Source: Balamuthia mandrillaris (Eukaryota). From it: DNA of 64,000 nt. The position numbers were made by a program, and so were the translations under genes. A model generated the notes under the pieces. It was given only the letters and a program-made list of their open reading frames with translations. It had not been told where the DNA came from and did no database searches. Shown in pieces: positions 26,094 through 36,353 of this stretch (within the stretch, counting starts at the first letter, position 1; every line of letters starts with the position of its first letter). The DNA lies in the NCBI GenBank assembly GCA_031835245.2, contig JAVKOQ020000015.1, positions 248,001 through 312,000 on the forward strand. The letters run 5' to 3'.

Positions 26094-26333
26094 CGCACAC
26101 AAAAACTTCATTTCTTTTTTTTATTCTTCTTTATTGTTGCATAAACACATTTATTTAAATTTTTTGTTAACCCCCGATATTTCATAATTTTTAATTTCGT
26201 CGAAAATTATCACGATATGTTGTCATATTACGATATATTTCACAATTTTTAAAGAATTTCATTTTGTAGACATATTATCACGATATATTGTCAAATTTGA
26301 AGAATAGCAAAAAAAAAAAGAAGCGAAAACAAT

Positions 26334-27121
26334 ATGGAAAAGAAGAATGCGACAGCAGCTACTAGGAGGCATGGCATGACGCTCAGGGCGAGAGCTGCCA
26401 ACAACAACACCATCAGCAAAAAACGTGCCGCTGGTGATGAAGAAGAAGAAAAGAAACCTATGAAGAAGAGCCAAGAAAAGCAGCCACAACAACGAAAGAG
26501 ACAAAGAAAAGCTGAACCAAAGCCAAAAAAAGAGAAAGAAGAAAAAGAAGAACAAGAACCGGAGGAGCGTATCAGCAATAGTGGTAATGGTCCCGTGACG
26601 ATCGGCGATCACGTGCCGGATTTCGAGGTGGTCAACGACGAGGGCGTCAAGGTCTCGTTCCAAGACATGGTCAAAGACAATGGCGTTGTCATTTTCTTCT
26701 ATCCCAGGGCCAACACTCCTGGTTGCACCAAACAGGTCGCTTTCTACTCCTGCAAAGAAAAACAAAAACAAAAACAAAAAAAGCTTACCAAACTTTTCAA
26801 ACAAAGGCATGCGGCTTTCGTGACGACTATGAGAAATACCAACAAGCCAACTATAAGGTCTTTGGGATGAGCGGCGATCGTCCTAAACCGCAAAGCAACT
26901 GGCGCGCCAAACACTCTCTCCCCTTTCCTCTCCTCTGCGATCCGGAGCACAAGGTCTTGGGCTCTGCTGTTTTTGGGGTGAGCAAAGATGGAGGAAAGAG
27001 CGTTGTGAGGAGTCATGTGGTGATAGAGAGGGGCGGGAGGGTGAAGGATATCAGGCGAAAGATCTCTCCTGGCGATAGCGTGCAAGAGGCTCTTCGGTGC
27101 ATTACTGGTTCAAGCAGTTGA
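26334..27121 (+). CDS. Peroxiredoxin Q/BCP family thiol peroxidase with basic N-terminal extension (Dot5-like), intron 26736-26806
   Basis: FFYPRANTPGCTKQ|ACGFRD (PxxxTxxC plus CxxxxC); LPFPLLCDP; RSHVVI; Lys/Arg-rich N-terminus. Confidence 0.92.
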
Positions 27122-27194
27122 AGAAAAGACGGAAACGAAAGAAGAAAGGAAAGTATGAAGCAGAAAGAAGGAAGAATGGAGAGGTGTATTCGTT

Positions 27195-27383
27195 TCAGTC
27201 TATGCAATGAATTACAAATCGAGGGGGGACTTGTTTTTTGGGGACCTGACCATTCTCTCGTTCTTCATCGGCAAAAGCTAATATATAGTTCCCGTTCTTT
27301 CGCTTTAGTTTGCGTTCAAAGGTTAGAGCAAATTAACGAGTAACGAAGGATAAAGACATAAAAGAGAAGAGAGCAAAGAAGGC

Positions 27384-27420
<37 letters not shown>

Positions 27421-28930
27421 ACAAGAACAAGAAAAATGAGAAGAAGAAAAAGAAGAGAAAGTAGAGAGCATCGGAGAGAACGTACGCGACGAGGACCAGC
27501 GAGAACAGTAGCAGGATAGAAGCTGGTGGTACCAGGATAGAGTGCCAGAACAGAGGCTCCTTTTGGGAAGAGGGTGGCCTTTGTCCAATTGCGAGGTACA
27601 GACGTGGGCAACGGAATAATAGCTCTACGTGGAAGCATGTACTTTCTTTTGTTGCAAAGAGCAGAGAAACGATTGTTAGAAGAGCGAAAGAACAAGAAGC
27701 AGAAGCAGAATGAGAAGAAGAAGAAACGAAACACACTTGCGCTCAGCTTCAGCAACTTCGTTGTCAGCATCAACAACTTCGTACTTATGTTTATCGGGGA
27801 GGTAGCGAACGATACTTGCAAGGATCCATGTCGGCTCTTGTTTGCCCTTAGGTCGTACTTTGGCGGCAACGCCCGAACCTGCTGGTATCATATAGTTGGC
27901 TGGTGCTCCTGCTGCGCCGCATAACGGTCTTGTTTTCCTGTTTTTTAATTTTAAAATTTGTTAATACTGGCACAAAAGAACGAGGATCGAAAAACCTACA
28001 TGTCATCTACAACAGGGAGAGTGGGATTGAAAGGATCAGCTCCTTCTACCGAAGTGCGTTGCCTCTTTGCGCTTCGCAACGATGTTTCGATGAAGTCTTC
28101 CGCGTCATCATCATCCTCCTCTTCCTCATCCTCTTCTTCGTCCTCTTCGTCTCTTTCTGCCTCATCTTCGTCTAAATCTATTTGCTCCGGCCGTCTCTTC
28201 TCTCCACCAACAAATGAAGCACGACTTGGTGCTTCTGTTATACTTGCGCCTCTATTTTCTTCTTCTTCATCCTCTGCTTCCTCTCCTTCCTCATCTTCCT
28301 CTGCCTCGTCATCTCCTCTTTCATTTCCTCCCTTTCCTCCTAAAGGCTTTTCGGTTGTGTGGTTGTAGTGGTGCCGCCGCTGGTTCAACATAATATCCAA
28401 CTTTTTATCTATCAAATGACTACTGTCGCAGTTAACAAATTTACTCGAAAAAACCGAAAAAGGAAGAGCCAACCAACGTACTGTTGACTCTTTTCAAGCA
28501 GGTTGCTGAGTGCATGATAGTGTTGCAAAAGTTCGGTTCTTTCCTCCTCCGAAAGTTCGATGAATACAAGACTGTCGCCACCGCTCATATCTTCCTTCGT
28601 TGCGGTAACGTTCTCCACCGGATCTTTTTTGTCGACACTGGTAGCAGTGTCGGAGGTTGACTTGGTTGCATGATTTTTGTGTTGTTCCCCTTCTTCAACT
28701 GGCGTGTGGGTGGAAGAAGAATAACCCGACGAAGAGGCGGCATGTTCATTGTTCGAGTCGGCCCACATTTTTCTTTTCACTCCCCTCTTGTTTTCGGTCA
28801 AGATCTTGGTCCGCAGCTGTTGGTAGTGAGTGAGCACTTTTTCGATCTCTTTGAGCACTCTATCCCACCGCCGTATCTCTGCGTGGCATTCTCTAAAGGG
28901 CACCGCGATACCTTCTTCTGCCGCGGCCAT
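27195..28930 (-). CDS. SGF29: SAGA-associated factor 29 (N-terminal coiled coil + tandem Tudor), 5 exons
   Basis: PLCGA, VAAKV...WILASIV...YEVVDAD, IIPLP, FPKGASVLALYPGTTSFYPATV, and spliced last exon YILAFADEE...VPPRFVI. Confidence 0.9.
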
Positions 28931-29841
28931 GCTTTGTTCTTCTTTTTGGCTATTTTTTTCTTTCCTATTTTTTGTGAAGTTTCCCTGTCGACGATTAATC
29001 ACCGGTTCGACTCCTGAAATCATCAACTCAATTTTAATTACAAATTTTTCTAGGAAATTAATTTCCCGTTCGTTAATTAAATTATTTGGAAGTTTCCAGG
29101 GAAATTTTCCCGATCAGACTTTTCTTTGAGTTTTCAGCCGGGTTAAAAAGAACCCCCCCTTTTGTCGCTTTTCCAACAGCCTTTCCTGCTTTTTTTCTGC
29201 GTGTTTTCCTCCACCCACGCTCCGTATCCTCTGGAAACGAGCGTAGCAGCCACTCCCTGGCCCGCTACCAGGACAACCTCCACACTATTTGTTTCGCGTT
29301 TCTTTTTGTTTCCTATCGCCAAACTTTCGTTGTAAACCACCATCTTCACTATCACTTAAATACACCCTTCCCCGTACCTTTCCTCTTCCTCGAAAACTCA
29401 CTCTCATAATAGCCATCAATTCTACGTGGAGACCACATCGCCTCTCATTCCCCTCCCTCCCTTCCAACCCCCCTTATCCTCCCATTTCCTCGAAATCCCA
29501 CCCAAAGGAAAAGGAAAGGAACACCCCCACTCTCGTGCACTCTCCCCCGTATTCTTTCTATTTTCCCTGTATTCCTTGCCCACCCTCACCCCCCACTCTA
29601 CAATTTTATCTCTTCTCATTCTCCGCTCTCTCTCTCCCTCTCCCGCTACGCTTTTCGCCTCACGCAACAAAAAAAATTAAGAGGAGAGGAATTATCGCAG
29701 AAATTTGCCGAGACAGTGGCCTGAAAACTAGCCACCACTTCGACAAAAAGGAAAAACATACCCCTCACTACACGCAGCCGCAGCAGCAGGCCCTACTACG
29801 CCCTCACCCAACACCCCCAAATAAAAGCGCACGCATACAAA

Positions 29842-31852
29842 ATGGTTCGAGCAGTGGTCTCCCCTGAAACACATTTTCCAACCCAAATCGAAAAGAACAA
29901 ACCGCCTCCACTGCAGCAGCAAAGCACTACCACCACCACTGCTGCTGCTGCTACGTTGTTGGTTCATAGGAGACCCCATCGTCCCTGCTACTATTATTAT
30001 TACCCTGCGGCTTCCTCTTCTGCTTCTGCTTCTCCTCCATCAGTTGCTGCTTCTTCTGCTTGCTTGCCTCGACGACAACAGCAGCCCTCCTATCCTCGGC
30101 ACTCGCCTGTATTCTACAACACAACCACTGCTGTACCTGTACGCCCAAGAGCACCAGCACCACAAAGGGTACGTTTTTTTTGCTCCTCTTTCATCCCTTC
30201 CTTCTAGCTTTCAAAAAAAAAAGCGCTCATGGCTGACTCTCTGCTTTGTGTTGTGTGTTTTTTTTTTAAAAAAATAGGTAGCAAGAAGAGGCATACATCC
30301 ACGTCTCATACAACGCCACAACAACATGAACCACAACAACATGAACCACAACAACATGAACCACAACAACAGCAACATGAAGATGGACAACGACAAGACA
30401 GAGCACCAGTCTTGGAATCACAGAAAGCTCGAGGAGGAGGTGATGATGATGATGGCAAAGCAGAGGGAGTTCGTACCTGCCACGCGGCGAAGGGCTGCCA
30501 CGTTGCCATGGCCCAACAACGCTGAGGCCAGGCCTTCCATCATCCAAGCGGCAGCTGCTGCCACAGCCTCCTGCACTTCTCCTTCTTCTCCTTCCTCGTC
30601 CTCTTCCTCTTCTTCTTCATCTTCTTCTTCTCCATCATCTCCTTCTTCTCCTGTTTCGTCTCGAGACAACAGCAGCACGGAAGCCGAAGATGATAACACC
30701 AATCCTATCCTCAACGAGGACGAAGGAGCCAATGAACACCATCAACAACGAAAGAAAGACTTCGATGAAGCTCAAACGAAGATGGAAGAGGAGGAGGAGA
30801 TTCGCGTGGAGAAACAGCAACAGAACAAGAAGAAGAAAAAGAAGATGATGGTCTGCGGCCTTGGTGACTATTATGTCACCTCCAAGACGCTGGGCAAGGG
30901 TTCCTTCTCCTCGGTGAAGCTCGGCTTTGAGAAGCGGGACTCCACCAAGAAGGTGGCCATCAAGTGCGTCTCCAAGGCAGATCTCTCCCCCGAGAAGGAG
31001 AGCGAGCTGCTGCGCGAGATTGAGATCCTCCGCTCCCTCCGCAACACCAGCGAGAACAAGGAGAATGTGCACACGGTGCAGCTGTTGAAGGTCTACGAGG
31101 ATGAGGACTACTATTACCTCATTTTTGACTACTACGCCACCGATCTCTATGCCTACCTGAAGAAGCGCGGTGCTTTGAGCGAGAGCGAGGCCAGACACCT
31201 CTTCCGACAGCTCATGGAGGCCATCCGTCTTTGTCACTGCCGCGGCATCTGTCATCGAGACATCAAACTTGAGGTTAGTTGCTGCTTTTAATCTTTCTTC
31301 TCTCCTATTTCTCACTGCTTTTTTATCTTTGAATAGAATATACTGTTGGATGAACGTACGATGAAGATAGTGTTGGCAGACTTTGGCTTTGCCTGCTTTG
31401 CCAAGGAGGACCAGCGCCTCACCAAATGGTGCGGCAGCGCCTACAACGTTGCCCCGGAGATCCTCACCCGCACTCCCTATCTGGGACGAGCCTCCGACAT
31501 ATGGGCCAGCGGCAGCGTGCTCTACGCCCTCCTCCATGGAAGGTTCCCCTTCCAGGCCAAGGACATGCCCACCATCTTTGCGCTCACCAAGCAGGGCACC
31601 TTCCATCCCTTCCTCAGCGGGCTGTCGTTGGAGGCGCGACACCTCATCTCGGGGATGTTGACGGTCAACCCGAAGAAGCGGTTCAAGTTGGAGCAGGTCA
31701 TCAACCACCCGTGGCTGTGCGGCGATAGGAAGAAAGCCATTCAGCTGCTGTGGGAGAGCGCGCGGCACCTTCCTTCCTTCTTCACTCCCTCTTCGTCCTC
31801 GTCTTCATCACATCCGGAAAAGAGTCGTCGACCGGCTGCAGCTGTAGTTTAA
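29842..31852 (+). CDS. CAMK-group Ser/Thr protein kinase (SNF1/MARK-like) with low-complexity N-terminus
   Basis: LGKGSFSSV, VAIK, HRDIKLE|N, DFG, CGSAYNVAPE, DIWASG, HPWL. Introns ~30169-30277 and 31274-31336. Confidence 0.93.
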
Positions 31853-32069
31853 AAAAAAAAAAACAAACAAAACACCAACCGATGGATGGATGATGGCTTC
31901 TTCGTGTAGATCAGATTGATTTTCACTTTCTTCTTCTATTTTCTTACAAACTTTTTTTTGTTGAACTGTAAAACAAAAAAATCGATTCCAAAAAAATTGT
32001 AATATTTTTTTCTACATTCGTTCTTTTTCTTTTCTTTTCTTTTCTTTTCTCTCTTTTTATGGAGGAAAG

Positions 32070-33905
32070 TTAAGAAGTAAAACCAGAATGAGAGAGCTCC
32101 AGGTGAGAGTAGAGCTGGTCGAGCTGGGGAAAGCCCTTGTAGCAAATGGGGCAAACCACTGCGGAGGATTTCAGCGCTTTGCGTTCTTCGCTGCTGGTTG
32201 GTGCTCGGTGGTCTTCTTCTTGTTGTTGTTGCGAGGAGGTTGGTGTGGTTGATCGGAGGGCTTCGCATTCATTCAGTTGGTGATTCTCAAAGTCTTTTTT
32301 GGTTCATTTGAAGAAGTTCACAAAGTCGTTAGAGATGAAAAGAAAGGAAAGCAAGAAGCAGAAAAAGCCGAGAAGAGAAAAAAAGACAAGAAGAGAGATG
32401 TAGAGAACGAGTGAAGAGACGAGAAGAGAAGCAGAGAAGCAGAGAAGAAAGTGGTGGAAGGAAAAAGAAGAAGAGAACAGAGAAAGCGTACACACCTCGA
32501 AGTAAAATCCAATGGGAACAGATTTCACACTTTTCGGTACGAGAACCACAATAGGTCTCGTGATCCAACCGCTCTTTGGCCAGGATGGACACACCACAAA
32601 ACGAGCACTTCACTGTGCGCAGCAAGCATTCGCTTCGTTTGTGTTCTTCCAATAAATAACGTTCCATCTTATCTCCACATTTACAATTTACCTGTCGTTT
32701 TGTTGGTGAGATGCAAAGTAAAAGAGAGGACAAAAAGCAAACGAACGACTAAAAATACAAACCAGAGCATGGGATTCATTGAGATGAGATTGAATGTTGC
32801 TTCGTGGAAGGCGAGCGCTACATTTGTCGCACGTCCAGTTTTGCCGGTAACAAACAGCCTCATGCAATGACCTTCTGTCAAGAGGCACTTTGGCACCACG
32901 ATTGTAGTGTTAAAAAGAACACGAAGGAAAAAACGTTGTTAACAAAAAAGAAGAGCAAAAGTAAAGAGAGGAAGAATGTGAGAGATATAAAGAGTACGAA
33001 CCAGTTGCCACAAATAGAAAAAGAAGCATCTGTTGGTAGAGCATTGGTGGCCTCTCCTTTAAAGTAGTCCTCTCCTCGCCCACTGGTCCGTGCACTTAGT
33101 TGTTCATCTTTCTTTGGTTTGTTTGCTTCTTCGTTCTTATTGTTTTTGTTGATTAATGATTCACTTGCCCGTCCTTCCATTGGAGCGAATTCTACTTCGA
33201 TGTTGGTGTCAACAATGCACACGGCTGGTTCTGGCTTCAGCGCCAAAACACGGAAGCTAAGAGGAGGGCTGCCCTCTGTTAGCATCAGTTGAAACGTGTT
33301 TTGCTCTTTCAAACATGTATAACCACGTAGCAAGGATTCTAGCCTATGCATGGCCAAGACTATAGATGAGAAGAAGAAGAAAGAAGAAGTGGAACAAGAA
33401 GAGGAGAAGCGGAAGAGAGCACAGAAGAGATACACACACAGCTTTGGGGTCGTCGAGATGATAAAAAGCGTCTGTCAAAGGTTGAAGTTTGGCATAGGTT
33501 CCTTTTGGGACATTTACCGTTCGCAAATGGATCCTTTGACCTTCTTCCAGCTCCAACGCCTCCTTCATCTAACGTAATTACGTTGAGTCATCTCTTTAGT
33601 TTTCAAGTCACTCTTCTCGCTTCTCTCTTTAAGTGATGTCCTCCTCACTTCTTGTTTTTCTTCTTCTTCTTCTTCTCGTTCGCTTGCTCTAATCTCCTCT
33701 CGTTCTCTCTCTCTCTCTCTCTCTAGCTATGTTTTTCTCTGCTCCTCTTCTCGCTACACATCAAACGTACCCAGAAAGGGACGCAGCAATGCTGCTCTGG
33801 ACTGGAGAACTCGAGCACTCCACAGTAAGCCAGCTTGTTGTTTGCAGGATTCCTGTATTATCTATGGAGTAAGAATGTGCAATAATGTTAATCTCTCTCT
33901 CTCTC

Positions 33906-33938
<33 letters not shown>

Positions 33939-34355
33939 CTCTCTCTCGCTCTCTCTTGCCTACCGGAGTTGGAGGACGATTGGAAATTCGATTTGTCTAA
34001 GAGCTAATCATCGGATGGCGCGTTTAAGAATACGAAAAATGAAAAAGGGTTGGAAAAAAAAAATAAAGATAACGAACACAGTTCCATCAAAGCTGATGAA
34101 GGCAACAAAACTAAAGCCAAAAAAAAAAAAGGTATTAGTTTAAAAAAAAGAACAGATCTTCATCAAATCCCAAAAAAAAAACGAACCTTTGTCCCCTTTC
34201 TCGAGGTTAGGAGGAGGAGCGCCATTGCTATCGTCCTCTCCTGGAAAGCTAAGAATGGAGTGACATATCAGTTGTGCATTCCAAGTGGCCGTTTGTCCCG
34301 GATACAGCGGCTGACTGTCGTAGACATCGACGTTAAAAGAACCTCTTCTTCTCAT
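32070..34355 (-). CDS. UFD1 N-terminal-like domain fused to TRAF-type zinc fingers and a terminal C2H2 finger, ~8 exons
   Basis: GDK|VLLPSSAL, YCGVLEFS, VPKGTYAKLQP, DPKAVLE, VCIVDTNIEVEFAP (UFD1). Then CDKC...HLNESH, CKCG...HKRSEC, CSFC...HETYCGSRTEKCEIC, and last exon CPICYKGFPQLDQLYSHLELSH. Confidence 0.85.
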
Positions 34356-34469
34356 CTTTTCTTTCTTTTAAGTTTGTTGATCCGAAATTTAGATTACTTT
34401 GTCGTGTCGTCCTTATAATGTTGATCTAGATTGCAAACCAATCGAAAATCAAAAAATCATACCATTAGC

Positions 34470-34745
34470 ATTCTTCTCTTCTTCTCTCTCTCTCTCTCTC
34501 TTTTTTCTCTCCTTCTCTCTCTATCGTTCTCTCTTTCTCTCTCTCTCTCTCTTTTTTCTCTCCTTCTCTCTCTATCGTTCTCTCTTTCTCTTTCTCTTTC
34601 TCTTTCTCTTTCTCTTTCTCTTTCTCTTTCTCTTTCTCTTTCTCTTTCTCTTTCTCTTTCTCTTTCTCTCTCTCTCTCTCTCTCTAAAGTCTATCTCTTT
34701 CTCTCACTTTTCTCTATCTCTTTCTCTCTCTCTCTCTCTCTCTAT
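34470..34745. repeat. (CT)n/(CTCTTT)n compound microsatellite
   Basis: Directly visible; includes a ~50 bp internal duplication. Confidence 0.9.
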
Positions 34746-34997
34746 CGCTTGTTTACAGTCCCACTCCCCGACACGCCCCTTCCTCGCTGAGGAAACACCA
34801 TGGCTATCGTTGAAAGTGTAAGTTGTTTATCTATTCACAAATATGCAGCATTTTTTGCTCACATGTTATCTACATGTAAGAAGCTTCTTTTTTTTTTGTT
34901 GTTGTTGTTGTTTGTTTGGTTGTGTGGTTGTTTGGTTTACCAATGCTCAGCTTTTCCTTGGCGACAAAGGCAGCTTTCGTCAGGGCCAGCGGCCAAT

Positions 34998-35771
34998 CTA
35001 ATAAGCAAACTCGAGCACCACGTTGGCAGTGACCTCCTGCTCTCCTCCGAGGACTGGGGTGATGAAAACGTCTCCCGCCTCAGCCGCACCAGCCGAGAAG
35101 AGAGGAGTAGGGAACGGGAAGAACACGTTGTTGATCTCCACCGAGGTCACGCCCTGAGGTTCCAGCTCGAGGGCCTCAAAGACGATGTCGGCCTGAGCCC
35201 TTGCGTTCTCCACGGCGTCCTGCAGGGCCTGCTCGCGGGCAAGGTCCAGGGCCTCATCCGAGGCGGTGACGCTGACCGAGTCGATGCGGTTGGCACCGGC
35301 CTCGATGGCCCCATCGATGATCTCTCCCACGCTCTCGATGTCGGTCACGCGGAAGCTGATCAGGTTGGTGGCGACGTAGCCTCGAATGAGAGGTTGGGTC
35401 TCCTGGGCCTCTCCTTCTCCTTGTTGAGGGAGCGGCATGGGGGGTTGCTGCTGGGGCGGGATGATAGGCTGCAGGGAGATCTGGACGGTCTGCAGGTTCT
35501 CCACGCCGTCTTGCTCCTGCAGGAAGGAGGTCAGGTTGGAGGCCTGCTCGGCCGCCTGCTGGATGGCGTCCGAGGCGGACTCCTCTGAGCGGACCTCCAC
35601 GCCGAGCACGATCTCCGTGACGTTGGCCTCAGCTGTGGCGGTGCCCTCTCCGGTCACACGGAGCACATTGGTGGCATTGCCATTATTGTTGTTGTTATCG
35701 TCTTGAGCGTGAATGCTCAGCATGCAGCAAGTGGCCAGAAGAACGGCGAAGAGGATAGTCTTTGTCAACAT
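34998..35771 (-). CDS. Secreted SIMPL/DUF541 (BP26/YggE-like) domain protein, intronless
   Basis: Signal peptide; LRVTGEG; GYVATNLISFRV; VGEIIDGAIEAGANRIDSV; AREQALQDAVENARAQA; GEQEVTANVVLEF. Confidence 0.88.
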   Translation of the reverse strand: MLTKTILFAVLLATCCMLSIHAQDDNNNNNGNATNVLRVTGEGTATAEANVTEIVLGVEVRSEESASDAIQQAAEQASNLTSFLQEQDGVENLQTVQISLQPIIPPQQQPPMPLPQQGEGEAQETQPLIRGYVATNLISFRVTDIESVGEIIDGAIEAGANRIDSVSVTASDEALDLAREQALQDAVENARAQADIVFEALELEPQGVTSVEINNVFFPFPTPLFSAGAAEAGDVFITPVLGGEQEVTANVVLEFAY

Positions 35772-36353
35772 GTTGGTGTTTGTCGGTTATAGCCCTTTGC
35801 GTTTGTTCGTTGTTTTCGTTGGGTTGTTTTGTTAAACAGGAGTCGAAGGAATGAAGAAGTGTCGAGAGTGTCGAATGAGCATTCTTTTTTATATGTTTGA
35901 CGTGAAACGATACTTTTGCGGATAGGCTGTCGATTACACACGGATTGCCGACGAGTTTTCCGGGTCTCCACCCGGCCCATTTCTGAGTGGTCCAAAACCA
36001 CCCGTGCAATGACCCGATTGGTCCCGTTATTCTAGATTGTCATTCGTACAACCTGTCAAACTGGGTCGCGGAAACAAATGGTTATTACTTGTCGACATGG
36101 ATGATCTGACTGAAAAGGCGTGATATCCTTTTATGGAAGCGATCGAACCACGTTTTGATTTTGGATTGGTGATTTGAAACGAGTGATCGAATTATCGGCG
36201 CTTCATTTGGCTTGCTGGGGAAGAGAGACGGGACACAAATAATGAGAATGTTGTTAAGGTACAAAGCGACAGAAGACTTGGTGCAAATCGATAGAAAAGA
36301 AGCTTCTTTTCGAGACCTTTGCTTTCATTCTGTAGTATCGGGACTTTATCGTT

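Noticed and set aside
30316..30380. 15 bp tandem repeat encoding MNHNN
   Set aside because: Ordinary coding low-complexity slippage in the kinase N-terminus.
30635..31768. 377 aa antisense ORF over the kinase (and similar shadows over SIMPL, LRR and M17 genes)
   Set aside because: Expected by-product of GC3-rich codon usage; no domain signal.
32899..33001. U12-type minor intron explanation for the odd acceptor
   Set aside because: The 5' end is GTTCGT, not the U12 consensus RTATCCTT.
33571..33963. Purine-rich sense-strand introns as a sign of an overlapping antisense gene
   Set aside because: GA-rich introns also occur in the F-box and C2/NlpC genes, so strand asymmetry is not a strict rule here.
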